Notes: generated from the sequence alone by a model not told the origin. Shown: positions 9,434 through 19,545, counted from the stretch's first letter. The stretch: 64,000 nucleotides of DNA from a virus (IMGVR_UViG_3300020045_008142:6372-70371); one strand, 5' to 3'. Numbers and translations: made by a program.

Positions 9434-9714
9434 ACCAAAACACCAGATTGATAGCGTTCATGTGTCATCAAATGGGCATAAAGACCAGCAATATCAACAC
9501 TTTCTAAGTCACTAATCATCACTTCAAAACGGTCTGTTAATTCCTGCATACATGGCTTTTCCGACTCATACGCCGCCTTGCTTTTCCACGTCTGCACTTG
9601 ATAAGTAAAGCTGGTTTTATCCCCTGCGTTATTGCTTGATTGCGATACTATCTTGCTGTACGCGTTTTCGATAGTATCACCGTAACAGTCTTCTACTTCT
9701 CTTAAAATACTCAT
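9430..9714 (-). CDS. putative fibre assembly chaperone
   Basis: 94-aa acidic ORF directly after a fibre gene. Confidence 0.45.
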   Translation of the reverse strand: MSILREVEDCYGDTIENAYSKIVSQSSNNAGDKTSFTYQVQTWKSKAAYESEKPCMQELTDRFEVMISDLESVDIAGLYAHLMTHERYQSGVLV

Positions 9715-9731
9715 GTTTTTTATCCTGTTTG

Positions 9732-10766
9732 TTAAGCGTAAATTGTTTCAGCGCAATCAATGACGGCTGTTACTCTGATATTAGTTGCTGCTACACCTGT
9801 AAAAGTAAAGGCTGCCGCACCATTAGTTGTATCTGCTGTAACCGCAATGACACAGTTGTCAGGATTCCAGAAAGTTTCTATTGTAGAGAAATTTATTACT
9901 GTAGTTGCTGCCGAAGTACCTCTGGATACTCTACCTTTGATTACCCAACTAGCCCCACGGGTAGTAGACCCTGATACTATCGCATTAATGGTTGCTATAA
10001 ATGTTTTGGATTGGTTATTGAGTAATACTAGCTGGTTTAAAGTACCCCCAGCAGTATTATCGGCTGTTAATATTTTGGGAGTAGTATTGGTAGTAGTACC
10101 AGAGATAACCATACACATTTTTTGATTATCACCTGCCGTATTAAACGCCTTGCTTGACCAAGCTGTAGCTCCTTGTTGAACTGCAGAAGCCTCATTTCCG
10201 CCTGCAAAAGAATAGAAGCCACTAGCTAGGCAATTATAACCTTGAGCAACGGAAGCTCTACCTGATGAAGTACACCCGCGCCCTTGTGCGATTGCATACT
10301 CTGTAGTTGCCTCACAAAGTAATCCTTGCGCTCTTGAGCTTACGCCAGAAGCTACACATAAATTCCCTTGAGCAAAAGCAGAAGCTGCCGAGGCGTTACA
10401 GGCTGTACCTTGAGCAAAAGCATAATAGTCGAATGATATACAACTATCTCCAATAGCGGAGGAACTAATGCCAGTAGCCCTACAGTTTTTTCCTGCAACA
10501 AAGCTAGAATCACCACTTGCCACCTGATTTGCATTAGTTCTTGATGTTTGTAAATCTACTGCACCTAGTCCTCTAGCATTACCCCCAATAGTCGTACCAT
10601 CAGCTTGCTGTAAACTAAAACCCCCTGTACCTTTAGGACTAATAACAGCATCAGCATTAGGTTGTGATGATAAAACTGCTAATTTATTATAATACTTCCC
10701 TGAATAGAGTGTTTCGCTTTCTACCCACTTTGTCAAGCCAGCACTTGTTGGATTATTGACAGGCAT
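9732..10766 (-). CDS. fibre/receptor-binding protein with YadA-head-like 14-residue repeats
   Basis: Tandem A-S-G-x-x-S-x-A-x-G repeats (ASGDSSFVAG, ATGISSSAIG, ASGVSSRAQG, ASGFYSFAGG). Confidence 0.7.
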   Translation of the reverse strand: MPVNNPTSAGLTKWVESETLYSGKYYNKLAVLSSQPNADAVISPKGTGGFSLQQADGTTIGGNARGLGAVDLQTSRTNANQVASGDSSFVAGKNCRATGISSSAIGDSCISFDYYAFAQGTACNASAASAFAQGNLCVASGVSSRAQGLLCEATTEYAIAQGRGCTSSGRASVAQGYNCLASGFYSFAGGNEASAVQQGATAWSSKAFNTAGDNQKMCMVISGTTTNTTPKILTADNTAGGTLNQLVLLNNQSKTFIATINAIVSGSTTRGASWVIKGRVSRGTSAATTVINFSTIETFWNPDNCVIAVTADTTNGAAAFTFTGVAATNIRVTAVIDCAETIYA

Positions 10767-10768
10767 GA

Positions 10769-11608
10769 CTATACTCCTTCGTAAATTGACGCATTACCAT
10801 TAGAACTAGCCCATATCCCAGAGATAATACCTGTATAAATGGGGTTAGGCATTTCATAAAATCCACCTGCGCCGATAGGTACTTTTGCCCCTGCCTGTGT
10901 AGCCGTTGCTCCAAAACACACATAAAGAATTGCAGTGGAGTTATTAAATATTGTCAGGCTTCGGCGGTTAGCATTAGCGGCTATCAAGGTCTGTGTGGTT
11001 GCTAAGCTGCCAACACTTGTTGGAGTATCGCTTGTTAAGGGACTGTTTTTTATTGATAAAACGCCAGATAAAGTGGTTGCTATCGTTTTAAGTCTATCAA
11101 GTACGGTATAGGCTGTTGGGCTTGCTTGAACTTCTCCGATTTGCACCGAGCTTATTGCTAGAGTCAGTGTAGAAAGCTCACTAGCGGTCAAGCTATTAGC
11201 CGCAATTATCTCAAGCTTGCTGGTATCGACATCGGCGTTAGCGATTGCAAGTTTTGAGCGTCCGTTGTACCAAATCGGATTCTCGCTAACGAAAGCATTA
11301 GTAACCGTGTCGATTGTTAAAATACCGAGTATCGGGTCGCCTGCGATTGCACCCGTAAAGCTTTGCCCTGCCTTGACGCGATAAAGCATCGATGGTGTTT
11401 CTTTGTCTGGCAGTGATGCGTTAGCAATCGTGGTTAATAAATTGGTCTGCAACACCTGATTTGCCGCGCTTGCATCACCACCGCCCACTAAATCAGCCAA
11501 GCTAACAATCTGCGGGTCGCCGTTAGCATCTTTTGCTGTCAGTACGGCAATAACCGACTTTAGCCCCAGTCCACCCGCGAACTTAATAATATCGTCTCGA
11601 AGACTCAT
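10769..11608 (-). CDS. putative structural protein
   Basis: 279 aa, overlaps the portal stop; C-terminal ANANRRSLTIFNNS...LYVCFG...GGFYEMP domain seen in phage structural proteins. Confidence 0.55.
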   Translation of the reverse strand: MSLRDDIIKFAGGLGLKSVIAVLTAKDANGDPQIVSLADLVGGGDASAANQVLQTNLLTTIANASLPDKETPSMLYRVKAGQSFTGAIAGDPILGILTIDTVTNAFVSENPIWYNGRSKLAIANADVDTSKLEIIAANSLTASELSTLTLAISSVQIGEVQASPTAYTVLDRLKTIATTLSGVLSIKNSPLTSDTPTSVGSLATTQTLIAANANRRSLTIFNNSTAILYVCFGATATQAGAKVPIGAGGFYEMPNPIYTGIISGIWASSNGNASIYEGV

Positions 11609-14346
11609 GACTTACCCTTTTGTTTTTGCATAAATTTCTCAAATGTAAAGTTTTCTTGATTGGTTATGGTGTCGCCTAGCTCTGGCACATCTTGCCAAGA
11701 ACCACGGCAATGCGGATGTTGTACGCCAGCGGCTATCCACCACAATTCATGTTCCATGCGTGGCGTTAAGCCGTTTTCTGTGCGCTTATTGGGGCTTGAA
11801 GACCTGCCGATATTTGTCTTGCCCGTCCACACCTCGGTTTTTCCGTCTTTGTCGGGCTTATCCGCGTCAACCACCGTCATGACCGTACCGTGTATTTTTT
11901 CGCAAAACGGACACGCGCCCTTGTACATTTCCAACCGCCTAACCTTTCTACCCACGGCGGTTGACGCGATAAAGCCCTGCATGGACATTTCACCCGTTTC
12001 AGTGAGTGCGATACGCCGCCAGTCACGGTTCATATCGCCGTACTTATCAAATAGGGTTTGTTGTAATTTTGCGGTAGTGGCGGATTCATCACCAGATAAG
12101 CGTTTAAGTTGGTGATCCATTAACACGCCTGATAAATTGGTGCGGGCGTTATTACTCAATTCAACCACGTTTTCAGCGGCGCGAATTGCCCCATAATCCA
12201 GCATAGCGCGTGATGATACGGACAGGCTTAACGCCGATAGTACGCTTTCAAGGGTGTTAGGTAGTGAGGATTGCAACGCGGCAACCTGTGCTTCTGTAAT
12301 TGGTGTAGCGGGGTTTTTAGCCTCCCAGTGTGCCTGTGCAGAACCCATAATTAAACTTTGCGCGGTGTGATTGAGTGCGTTATCAATCAGCACATCAATG
12401 GGTAAATGTTGGCGAACTAACAGCCTAGCCAGTAGCGCGGTATCTTCAATGCTAAATAATGCGGGTTCAATTGACTGTAAATAGCTCTCAACACTAACCG
12501 CCTGTGCGTCTGTCCAGTATTCTGAAAATAATGCAAAATCAGGCTTAGCCGCGTTCATGTCTTGCTGGTAATTCTTACCTTCTAACCACGCATTTAATGA
12601 GGTACGAATAGCCGATGTGCGTATCATGCCTTGTTGCGTGTAATCTTCGACCAACGCCTTAACCCACACGTTATGATGTGGCAACCAAATATCATGCTCA
12701 CTCATTGCCTTGAGCAAGTTATTATTGGATAGGGATTTTTTTAACTCAGCTTCGGGTTCATCTTCTGGCTCTTCTGGTTCTTCGGCTTCGGTATCATCGG
12801 CGGGTTGTTCGTTTTGCGGGTCTTCACTGGCTTTTAATTGCATCCAGGCATTTAATAACGCGGGGTTAGCGGGGGCATCACCCAATTCATTGTCTAGTTT
12901 TTCGTAGCCTTCCTCAGCGCGTAATTCATTCACCGTTAGAATGAGCTTTCGCATTTCATTCTTTTTATCGGCATCCTCAATATCAAGCCCTGTAAACCTG
13001 AAACAATAATCAGGATTAAATTCACTGATAATGTTATCGGTTATTAGGTTCTCAAAGTAAGCCAATAACGGGCGCAACCCCGAATCTTTAGACGCTGCGA
13101 GCTTTTCAGCGGTATCACTGCCGCCTAATGCACTGGTAGAGCCACTGGTAAAGGAATCGAAATTTATCTCCGATGGCGACATTCCATAAATCGCACAGAT
13201 TAATGACGTTAAAAATGTCATCCATTTACCGAACATCATTTCTGAAAAATCTACACCAAACTTTTCAAATGAAGCGCGTGATTCAGCGTCTTTTGATACC
13301 AGAACAGGCATGGCGAAAGCATTATCAATACCCTTAACCATTGACTGCCAATAACGCCTAAACGCAGCTAAATCCTCATCGGAATAATTGCCCGACAAAT
13401 GCAGAACGCCTTTAGGCATAGAGTTTTTATCAAACACATTATTATTGAGTGTCATGGCGTTCAAGAAACCCGTGACAACCCGCACTAATAATTCTGTTTC
13501 TGGCAAGCCATACCCTGCCGCCGTTACGTCTGAACGACTATTGCGTGGTTCATAAATCAAGTCATCAAAAGTGTATGCAGTACGCACCAAGCCATTAACT
13601 ACCTGTACGGCGTAAATATCAGGATTGCCGCGATAGCCTTTTTCAGAACACAGGCGAATTGTCGCGCCGTCAACTGAATAAAGCCCTGCCATACCTAGCT
13701 TTTTATCGCCGCGTGACTCGACTTCAATGCCAACAGAATCAAGAATTAAACTATCGCGGGTAGCCTTGCCCATGAATTGAGCGAATGAATCACGGCGTAG
13801 TTTTTTGCGTTCTTTTGCCGAAAATTCAAAACCACAATTGGCTATAAACTTTGCTAATTCAGTGGTTTGTTTAGCCTCTGAGTCAGTTAATGAGTGCTTG
13901 CGGTCGGTATGACGAATTTCAAATGCTGGATAAGAGGTATCCATTTCAGATACACGGCAAAACCGCTGTACCTGTCTAGTGCGAGTCATGACCACCGCGT
14001 TAAGTACAGGCACTTGAATCGACATGGCCCGCAACGCATCAAAACTTAATTGTGATGGACGTTCCCAGTATTCGCCTTGTGATGGTAGAACAAAATCATC
14101 TAAAAACACCGATTGCATACCGTCTTTACCGTGTTTGGATGCTTCGGACGGGAACGGTACATTTGATGCTTCAATGGCTTTATGCAGGTTATTATCACCA
14201 TAGAACGCAATTAATTCGTTAATCGCGTCCATCGGTAACAACTCAGATTGAGCAGGAATAAATGATTTTTGCAAGCCGCCCAGCGCGTCTATGATTTCAT
14301 CTATCGGCGCGGCGTGATTAAAGGCGGTGTTCGTTGCGTTATCCAT
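11605..14346 (-). CDS. portal protein (SPO1/A511-like) fused to a MuF-like head morphogenesis domain
   Basis: Portal features (RDSLILD...IEVE, RN.RSD...GYGLPETE, GVLHL, F..YWQSMVKG..NAFAMPVL) in the first ~500 aa; C-terminal WRRIALTE...ACPFC...HPHCR MuF motif; single 913-aa frame. Confidence 0.8.
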   Translation of the reverse strand: MDNATNTAFNHAAPIDEIIDALGGLQKSFIPAQSELLPMDAINELIAFYGDNNLHKAIEASNVPFPSEASKHGKDGMQSVFLDDFVLPSQGEYWERPSQLSFDALRAMSIQVPVLNAVVMTRTRQVQRFCRVSEMDTSYPAFEIRHTDRKHSLTDSEAKQTTELAKFIANCGFEFSAKERKKLRRDSFAQFMGKATRDSLILDSVGIEVESRGDKKLGMAGLYSVDGATIRLCSEKGYRGNPDIYAVQVVNGLVRTAYTFDDLIYEPRNSRSDVTAAGYGLPETELLVRVVTGFLNAMTLNNNVFDKNSMPKGVLHLSGNYSDEDLAAFRRYWQSMVKGIDNAFAMPVLVSKDAESRASFEKFGVDFSEMMFGKWMTFLTSLICAIYGMSPSEINFDSFTSGSTSALGGSDTAEKLAASKDSGLRPLLAYFENLITDNIISEFNPDYCFRFTGLDIEDADKKNEMRKLILTVNELRAEEGYEKLDNELGDAPANPALLNAWMQLKASEDPQNEQPADDTEAEEPEEPEDEPEAELKKSLSNNNLLKAMSEHDIWLPHHNVWVKALVEDYTQQGMIRTSAIRTSLNAWLEGKNYQQDMNAAKPDFALFSEYWTDAQAVSVESYLQSIEPALFSIEDTALLARLLVRQHLPIDVLIDNALNHTAQSLIMGSAQAHWEAKNPATPITEAQVAALQSSLPNTLESVLSALSLSVSSRAMLDYGAIRAAENVVELSNNARTNLSGVLMDHQLKRLSGDESATTAKLQQTLFDKYGDMNRDWRRIALTETGEMSMQGFIASTAVGRKVRRLEMYKGACPFCEKIHGTVMTVVDADKPDKDGKTEVWTGKTNIGRSSSPNKRTENGLTPRMEHELWWIAAGVQHPHCRGSWQDVPELGDTITNQENFTFEKFMQKQKGKS

Positions 14347-14379
14347 AAAAGCCAGTTCAAGTGTTTGGGAATGGCTTTT

Positions 14380-14394
14380 ATGATAGTGTCACGA
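14380..14394 (-). promoter_or_regulatory. late promoter motif TCGTGACA-C-TATCAT
   Basis: Exact motif 34 nt upstream of the portal ATG. Confidence 0.75.
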
Positions 14395-14398
14395 CTAA

Positions 14399-17300
14399 TT
14401 AAGTCCTATGTGTTGAGGATTTTGGAGAGATCACTACAGGGGACGGCTTCATGTTTTCCATTGGGTTTCCGTTGGTATCGCTCACGGTAACACCTACATT
14501 GACATTGTGATTAAACATCATTGAGCTGTTTTTTTGTTGCGCTTCGTACATTTCGCGGCGTTGCTGTTCGGGGATTTTTTCAGGTTCTTGGTTTCCCATA
14601 ACAGATTTAGTTATTGGCAAATATTTATCATCATTACGATTTACATAATCAACATAGGATTTTGCGCTCGTTCCGTTTTGATCTGATACTGTGGGATAAC
14701 GCCCTTTTTCATAATATTCTTTTCGCGCTTGACCTGTTAAATTCGAGGCTAATCCTTTGTTAAAGGCTTCCTCATGAGATAGACCGCTTGCCTCTAACTT
14801 CTTGGTAAAGTCATTAATATTGCCAATTCCCCAGCCGATATTCTCATCAACATTAAAGCGGTCAACGCCTGCACCTTTGGCGGTTTTAGCCATCATTTGA
14901 AATATCCCTATCGGTCTATCTCCTTTGTGAGTACCTTTTGATATTACAGGCCCTTTAATATTTGGGTTTAAGCTAGACTCCTGTTCAGCTAACGCGGCTA
15001 TTTTTGCCGCTTCTTCGGGCGTGTTTCCTTGTCGCATAGCTTCGGCGGCTATTTTCTCAACGACACCGCGTTTACTAATTGGCACATGGTTTCCAATAGT
15101 GGCATCAGTGGAATTATCATTAAGGCTTTTGTAACTAGGTGATTCACTCTTAACCTTTGGCTTAGGTGCGACATACATCTTGTTAGCATCATTACCAGCA
15201 GCTTCAAATTTGTCTAAAAAGTCGGTTTTGAAGTTAGCAGGGGCTTCGGGGTTATTGGCAAAATCTTCTTTTACCTTGGCTAAAACTTCGGCTGCGTACT
15301 CTTTTGACCTATTACCAGTACCCATGAGTTTTGCGATATTTTCATCTGCCCACGCCATACCTTTAGATGAAATTGCGTTGCCGTCTACTGACTTGCCAGC
15401 ATAATCTACCTTAAACTCTTTGCCGTCTTTTTTATACTCATCACTGCTTAGTAAATTATGGTTTTTAGCCATTGCATTTAACAGGCTTGGCATTTCAGCA
15501 ATATAGCTATCTGGGTTTATCCTAGCTTTGGCAAGTTCATTGGTGTATTGGTCGCGTTGCGCCTCTTTAGTTATACCCTTTAGATTTATAGCCTTTTCGG
15601 TTAGCTCTAGGCTGTTTCGGCTATTTAAAAGCTGTTCATCGGTGGACTTATTACCTGCCCTGTCTTTACCGCTTAATTCAATCCCCGCTTCATCACTGCG
15701 TTTAGATAATTCCTGATTTGCAACAAAGGTATTCTTGCCACTAATATCAAACAGCTTAACCAGTGCAGTAATACCCTCTTTAACCATAATAACCGCTGGT
15801 ATCAACCCATCAACCAACTTCTGAATATTAGAATCCATGCTAACGGTGGCGTTCTTTAAAACCTGCCCTTCGTCTGAATCATTGGCTAAGGTGAGCTTAA
15901 TGACTTCCTTTTTAAACTCCTCCATTTTGTTGTCGTTAAGCATTGCGTCCATTTTGGATTTCTGCTCAGGCTTAATAAAACCTGAATCCTGCAATGCCTT
16001 GTATTGCTTATTGATACCATCATCACCGCCGCCCATTACCGCCATTAATGAGGGAATTTGTGAGGTTTTAACGGTCTTTTCGTCTATGCCATATTCTTTT
16101 AATTTTGCCCCGTAGTCGAAACCCTTTTCATTTTGATAAGCATCTAACGCAGCCCCCGCTACGGTTTCGCTACTTGTGCCAAACAGGTTTTTAACATAGC
16201 GAATGGCTTTTTTAGTATCGGTTGAACCATCGGCGTTTTTGGTGACATTTAAAATGTCATCCATCATCACTTTAAGGTTGGGCGTATCTGTGCCGCCATT
16301 TTCGGCTAATGCTTGCAGGTGGGTTAATTGCTTAGTATCGCCATTAGCTAACGCACGCTGATAAATTGCACTGTCTTTGCCGAAGGTATTTTTTGCTGTA
16401 CCGAATACGCCTGATTCTTGAATGGCTTGTAAATCAGTTGCATCATAAACAGGATTAAACCGCTTGAACGCGCCCTCAATATAATTTTTCTGAATATCGG
16501 AATTTGCACCCCTAAAGCCTTGGTCAAGCGATCCGATGACATTACCAGCAACCTGCGGATTTTTACTCAAACCCGCGTAGTTAGAACCCATTAACGTACC
16601 AAGCAATGAGGTATAGCTTGATACATCGGGGGTCATGAGGCTTTGATTAGCCGACATTTGGGTGAAGTTAGAGATTACCCCTAGAACTTCATCGTACTTT
16701 GCACCTGTGCCACTTTTTCCAACTGCTTCACCGATTTGTAAGGCTAATTTTTTATTATCGGTTTCGTTATTGGTTACGCCATACATTGACTGTGTGGCTA
16801 GGAATTGCGTAGTGGCATGACTATCAACACCATATCCTTGCGCTAAACCAACCGCATCACGCAAGGATTTACCGATGTTAGACGCGGCATCATCTAACGG
16901 GCTTATTGCCGCTGTATGGGCAAATTGTTTCGCAAGCTCTACAGTTTCATTGTAAGTAACACCAAAACCCTCAGTGAGTCCACGGGTACTATCGCGTAGT
17001 TTGTCGAAGTCGATAGAAGCCGCGCCTACCATGTGACGTAATTGCGAATAACTTACCGATTCTTTTTCGGTTTCGGATAAGCCAGCATCCGCCGCGCCGC
17101 CTATTTTTCCACCTAACGCACTGCCTATCATGGGCGCGATAATTGCACTCATACCGCCAGTGAACGGGGCAAGTGCTGCACCGATACCTTTACCCGCAAA
17201 GCCACCTAACGTACTGCCTAGTGACGCATTAAGACCACCGCCCCCAATTGCCGCCCCTGCGATAGTTCCCGCCATTTGTGCCATTTGGGAATTGCGTTTT

Positions 17301-18073
17301 TCACTCGCCGCTTTGTCGATAGCCGCCTGCGCGTCTCTGGCTTCCTGTTCCCTGATTTGTTGGGCATGGGCGGCGCGTGAGTTCTTTGTACGCCGATTAA
17401 CCGCGTCTTGACTACTGGAATCGTAGGACGGGTTATAAAGTGCCTCGCTGTAATCACGATAGCCGCCAGTGAAGTTATAGCGCGGATTTTCTCTAGCAGA
17501 ATCACTGCGGGCGCGTTGCTCTTTTTCTGCCCGCCGCTTTTTTTCATCGTTGAATTGTTGTTGGTAATGTTCACGCGCCTGTTTATTATCCAGCTCGTTA
17601 TGCTTTTGCTGGTCTTCACGGCGTTTTCTGCGGGTTTCGTTGGCTTGATTGCTATGCCAGTTTTCCTTAATTTCCTGTTCGCGCTCTCTTGACCACTTCG
17701 CGCTATCGTTGGCATTGAATACGTCAGAAGTTGTATTAATGTTGGTTTCGTTTTGGAAACCGCCTTGACTACCTCTAACGCCGTCAACTTTCTTACCGCC
17801 CAATGTTTCAGCGGCTTGTGAGAATACATCGGCTGAGCGTTTCGCCTGACTGGCTTCTAACTTGCCTTTATTATAAAGCTTGTCCTGTGCGACATTTACC
17901 TTGTCGATAATGGCGAGTAATTCCCTGTAATCTTTTAGGGCCTGCTCAATATCGACTTTGTAAGTGCCGCCCTTTAAAGCATCATTGACACTTTTAATCT
18001 TGCGTTCAGCTTCGGATAACTTCTGATTGAGGTCGCCTACGTCCGCTTCAATGCTAATTTTCTGAGCTGCCAT
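14399..18073 (-). CDS. tape measure protein with C-terminal lytic transglycosylase domain
   Basis: 1224 aa, coiled coil, Gly/Ala-rich segment; LAEQESSLNP...GIFQMMAKTA...DENI SLT motifs; follows the tail chaperone pair. Confidence 0.8.
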   Translation of the reverse strand: MAAQKISIEADVGDLNQKLSEAERKIKSVNDALKGGTYKVDIEQALKDYRELLAIIDKVNVAQDKLYNKGKLEASQAKRSADVFSQAAETLGGKKVDGVRGSQGGFQNETNINTTSDVFNANDSAKWSREREQEIKENWHSNQANETRRKRREDQQKHNELDNKQAREHYQQQFNDEKKRRAEKEQRARSDSARENPRYNFTGGYRDYSEALYNPSYDSSSQDAVNRRTKNSRAAHAQQIREQEARDAQAAIDKAASEKRNSQMAQMAGTIAGAAIGGGGLNASLGSTLGGFAGKGIGAALAPFTGGMSAIIAPMIGSALGGKIGGAADAGLSETEKESVSYSQLRHMVGAASIDFDKLRDSTRGLTEGFGVTYNETVELAKQFAHTAAISPLDDAASNIGKSLRDAVGLAQGYGVDSHATTQFLATQSMYGVTNNETDNKKLALQIGEAVGKSGTGAKYDEVLGVISNFTQMSANQSLMTPDVSSYTSLLGTLMGSNYAGLSKNPQVAGNVIGSLDQGFRGANSDIQKNYIEGAFKRFNPVYDATDLQAIQESGVFGTAKNTFGKDSAIYQRALANGDTKQLTHLQALAENGGTDTPNLKVMMDDILNVTKNADGSTDTKKAIRYVKNLFGTSSETVAGAALDAYQNEKGFDYGAKLKEYGIDEKTVKTSQIPSLMAVMGGGDDGINKQYKALQDSGFIKPEQKSKMDAMLNDNKMEEFKKEVIKLTLANDSDEGQVLKNATVSMDSNIQKLVDGLIPAVIMVKEGITALVKLFDISGKNTFVANQELSKRSDEAGIELSGKDRAGNKSTDEQLLNSRNSLELTEKAINLKGITKEAQRDQYTNELAKARINPDSYIAEMPSLLNAMAKNHNLLSSDEYKKDGKEFKVDYAGKSVDGNAISSKGMAWADENIAKLMGTGNRSKEYAAEVLAKVKEDFANNPEAPANFKTDFLDKFEAAGNDANKMYVAPKPKVKSESPSYKSLNDNSTDATIGNHVPISKRGVVEKIAAEAMRQGNTPEEAAKIAALAEQESSLNPNIKGPVISKGTHKGDRPIGIFQMMAKTAKGAGVDRFNVDENIGWGIGNINDFTKKLEASGLSHEEAFNKGLASNLTGQARKEYYEKGRYPTVSDQNGTSAKSYVDYVNRNDDKYLPITKSVMGNQEPEKIPEQQRREMYEAQQKNSSMMFNHNVNVGVTVSDTNGNPMENMKPSPVVISPKSSTHRT

Positions 18074-18347
18074 TTATAATATCTTCCAATTCACTAAAAT
18101 CAACATCATCAAGGTTTTCAACTTTTTCATCATAATCACCGTCTGCTTCAAACTCGTCCTCATTGCCGTTTTCATCGTAATAATATGCCCAATAATCCGC
18201 AATAATATCGGCATCGGTCATGGATAAATAACGGGGGTCGTTAGGCGGTAAGTTGTATTTTTTTCTGAACCAGAATCTATAGGTCTTGGCTAATTCCTTG
18301 CCCGTGCGCTTTGACTCCCGTGCCATCGCCTTTCCGAAACATATCAA
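18054..18347 (-). CDS. tail assembly chaperone, second ORF (possible frameshift product)
   Basis: Overlaps the first chaperone in the +1 frame; FWFRKKYNLPPNDPRYL motif; immediately before the TMP. Confidence 0.6.
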   Translation of the reverse strand: MICFGKAMARESKRTGKELAKTYRFWFRKKYNLPPNDPRYLSMTDADIIADYWAYYYDENGNEDEFEADGDYDEKVENLDDVDFSELEDIINGSSEN

Positions 18348-18636
18348 TGTTATCTTCTAGCAACCCCAATAATTCTTTTACCTTATCAGCGTTCCAGTTG
18401 GTGTCATCAATGTTTTCAGCATCTTCCCAGCCAGCGGGGGCAGATACGCATGAATGTTTATGTGCGGAAACGAATGAGGCTAATAAATAAAGCGTGTAAT
18501 CCTCGTTTGAATCACCTGCTATTTTGATGTAATCGGCGCGGATTCTTGCTCTATCGGCTATGGTTTGTCTACCGTAGCGAAACGTACCAACGTCTGGCAG
18601 TTCGATAAAAAAATCGGTTTCTTTAGGTTTTCTCAT
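18277..18636 (-). CDS. tail assembly chaperone
   Basis: 119 aa upstream of the TMP, ending MFRKG... Confidence 0.65.
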   Translation of the reverse strand: MRKPKETDFFIELPDVGTFRYGRQTIADRARIRADYIKIAGDSNEDYTLYLLASFVSAHKHSCVSAPAGWEDAENIDDTNWNADKVKELLGLLEDNIDMFRKGDGTGVKAHGQGISQDL

Positions 18637-18678
18637 GGGATGGGTCTCATTGAGTTTTTAGGTTGATTTAAAAACTCA

Positions 18679-18693
18679 ATGATAATGTCACGA
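18679..18693 (-). promoter_or_regulatory. late promoter motif TCGTGACA-T-TATCAT
   Basis: Exact motif upstream of the chaperone-TMP block. Confidence 0.75.
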
Positions 18694-18697
18694 CTAC

Positions 18698-19054
18698 TTA
18701 GCTTTGATTTTGTATAGCGGATTGCTTGACTAATAATTGACCATTGGGCGATTCAACGGGAATCATGGATTCAAGTTTACAGCTTGGGCAAACGTGTTTA
18801 ATGGTTGATTGTCGCCATATTGTATAGATGACACCTAGGATGACACCAAAGGCGTACAGCGGGATTTCAACCCATGTACTGCCCTGCACTACCTTTTCTT
18901 TATCGCCTACTGTTAGGCATTGGGTGCATACGAATTTAGGGGTAGCATTGCCAGTGATAGGCTTGTTTTCTTCACTGCTAGACTCTGAGAAAATACTAAT
19001 CATGATTGAAAAAAAAGCAAGGCAAGCAAGAACAAAAACAATGAAATTGTGCAT
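18698..19054 (-). CDS. membrane protein with CxxC-hydrophobic-CxxC zinc ribbon (moron)
   Basis: N-terminal TM helix, CTQC, hydrophobic stretch, CPSC. Confidence 0.65.
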   Translation of the reverse strand: MHNFIVFVLACLAFFSIMISIFSESSSEENKPITGNATPKFVCTQCLTVGDKEKVVQGSTWVEIPLYAFGVILGVIYTIWRQSTIKHVCPSCKLESMIPVESPNGQLLVKQSAIQNQS

Positions 19055-19148
19055 AAAATACCTTTTTGTGTTGAATGGATTATTGTGTTTTCAGTGTGGG
19101 CAAAACCTGCTATTTTGTCAAATATCATTATAGGAACTGAATAGAAAA

Positions 19149-19535
19149 ATGAATAAATTAATTATAATCAGCTTAATAACATCGTTCCTTGTATCAATAC
19201 CAGCTTACGCAAAGATTGAACGTAGCGAAAAGGCAAAGAACTCATTCAAGTATTCGCACCCATGCCCTGCTAATGGCAATAATCACGGTTCGTGTGCTGG
19301 TTATGTAATTGATCATATTAAGCCGCTGGCGTGTGGTGGTGCGGATGCAGTTATAAATATGCAGTGGCAAACCATTGAAGAGGGCAAGGCTAAGGACAAA
19401 TGGGAGCGTAAGGATTGCGAGACTAAGCCACAACCTACCAATGGGAAGTATTTTACTGGTAAACGTGGCGGGTATTATACGTTGTCAGCCAGTGGTAAGA
19501 AAAACTATGTTGACCATTCTTTTTGTGGGCGGTAG
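19149..19535 (+). CDS. signal-peptide-bearing HNH endonuclease family protein (moron)
   Basis: MNKLIIISLITSFLVSIPAYA signal; CP...C.GYVIDHIKPLACGGAD...NMQWQT HNH core; basic GKRGGYYT...GKKNYV tail. Confidence 0.75.
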   Translation: MNKLIIISLITSFLVSIPAYAKIERSEKAKNSFKYSHPCPANGNNHGSCAGYVIDHIKPLACGGADAVINMQWQTIEEGKAKDKWERKDCETKPQPTNGKYFTGKRGGYYTLSASGKKNYVDHSFCGR

Positions 19536-19545
19536 TAATCAATAA

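Noticed and set aside
11660-12115. 151-aa antisense ORF, and many similar opposite-strand ORFs in the track
   Set aside because: Antisense shadows of well-supported genes with no motifs or RBS.
17218-17829. 203-aa alternative-frame ORF inside the tape measure gene
   Set aside because: No recognisable motif; likely a shadow of low-complexity coding sequence, unlike the HNH case.
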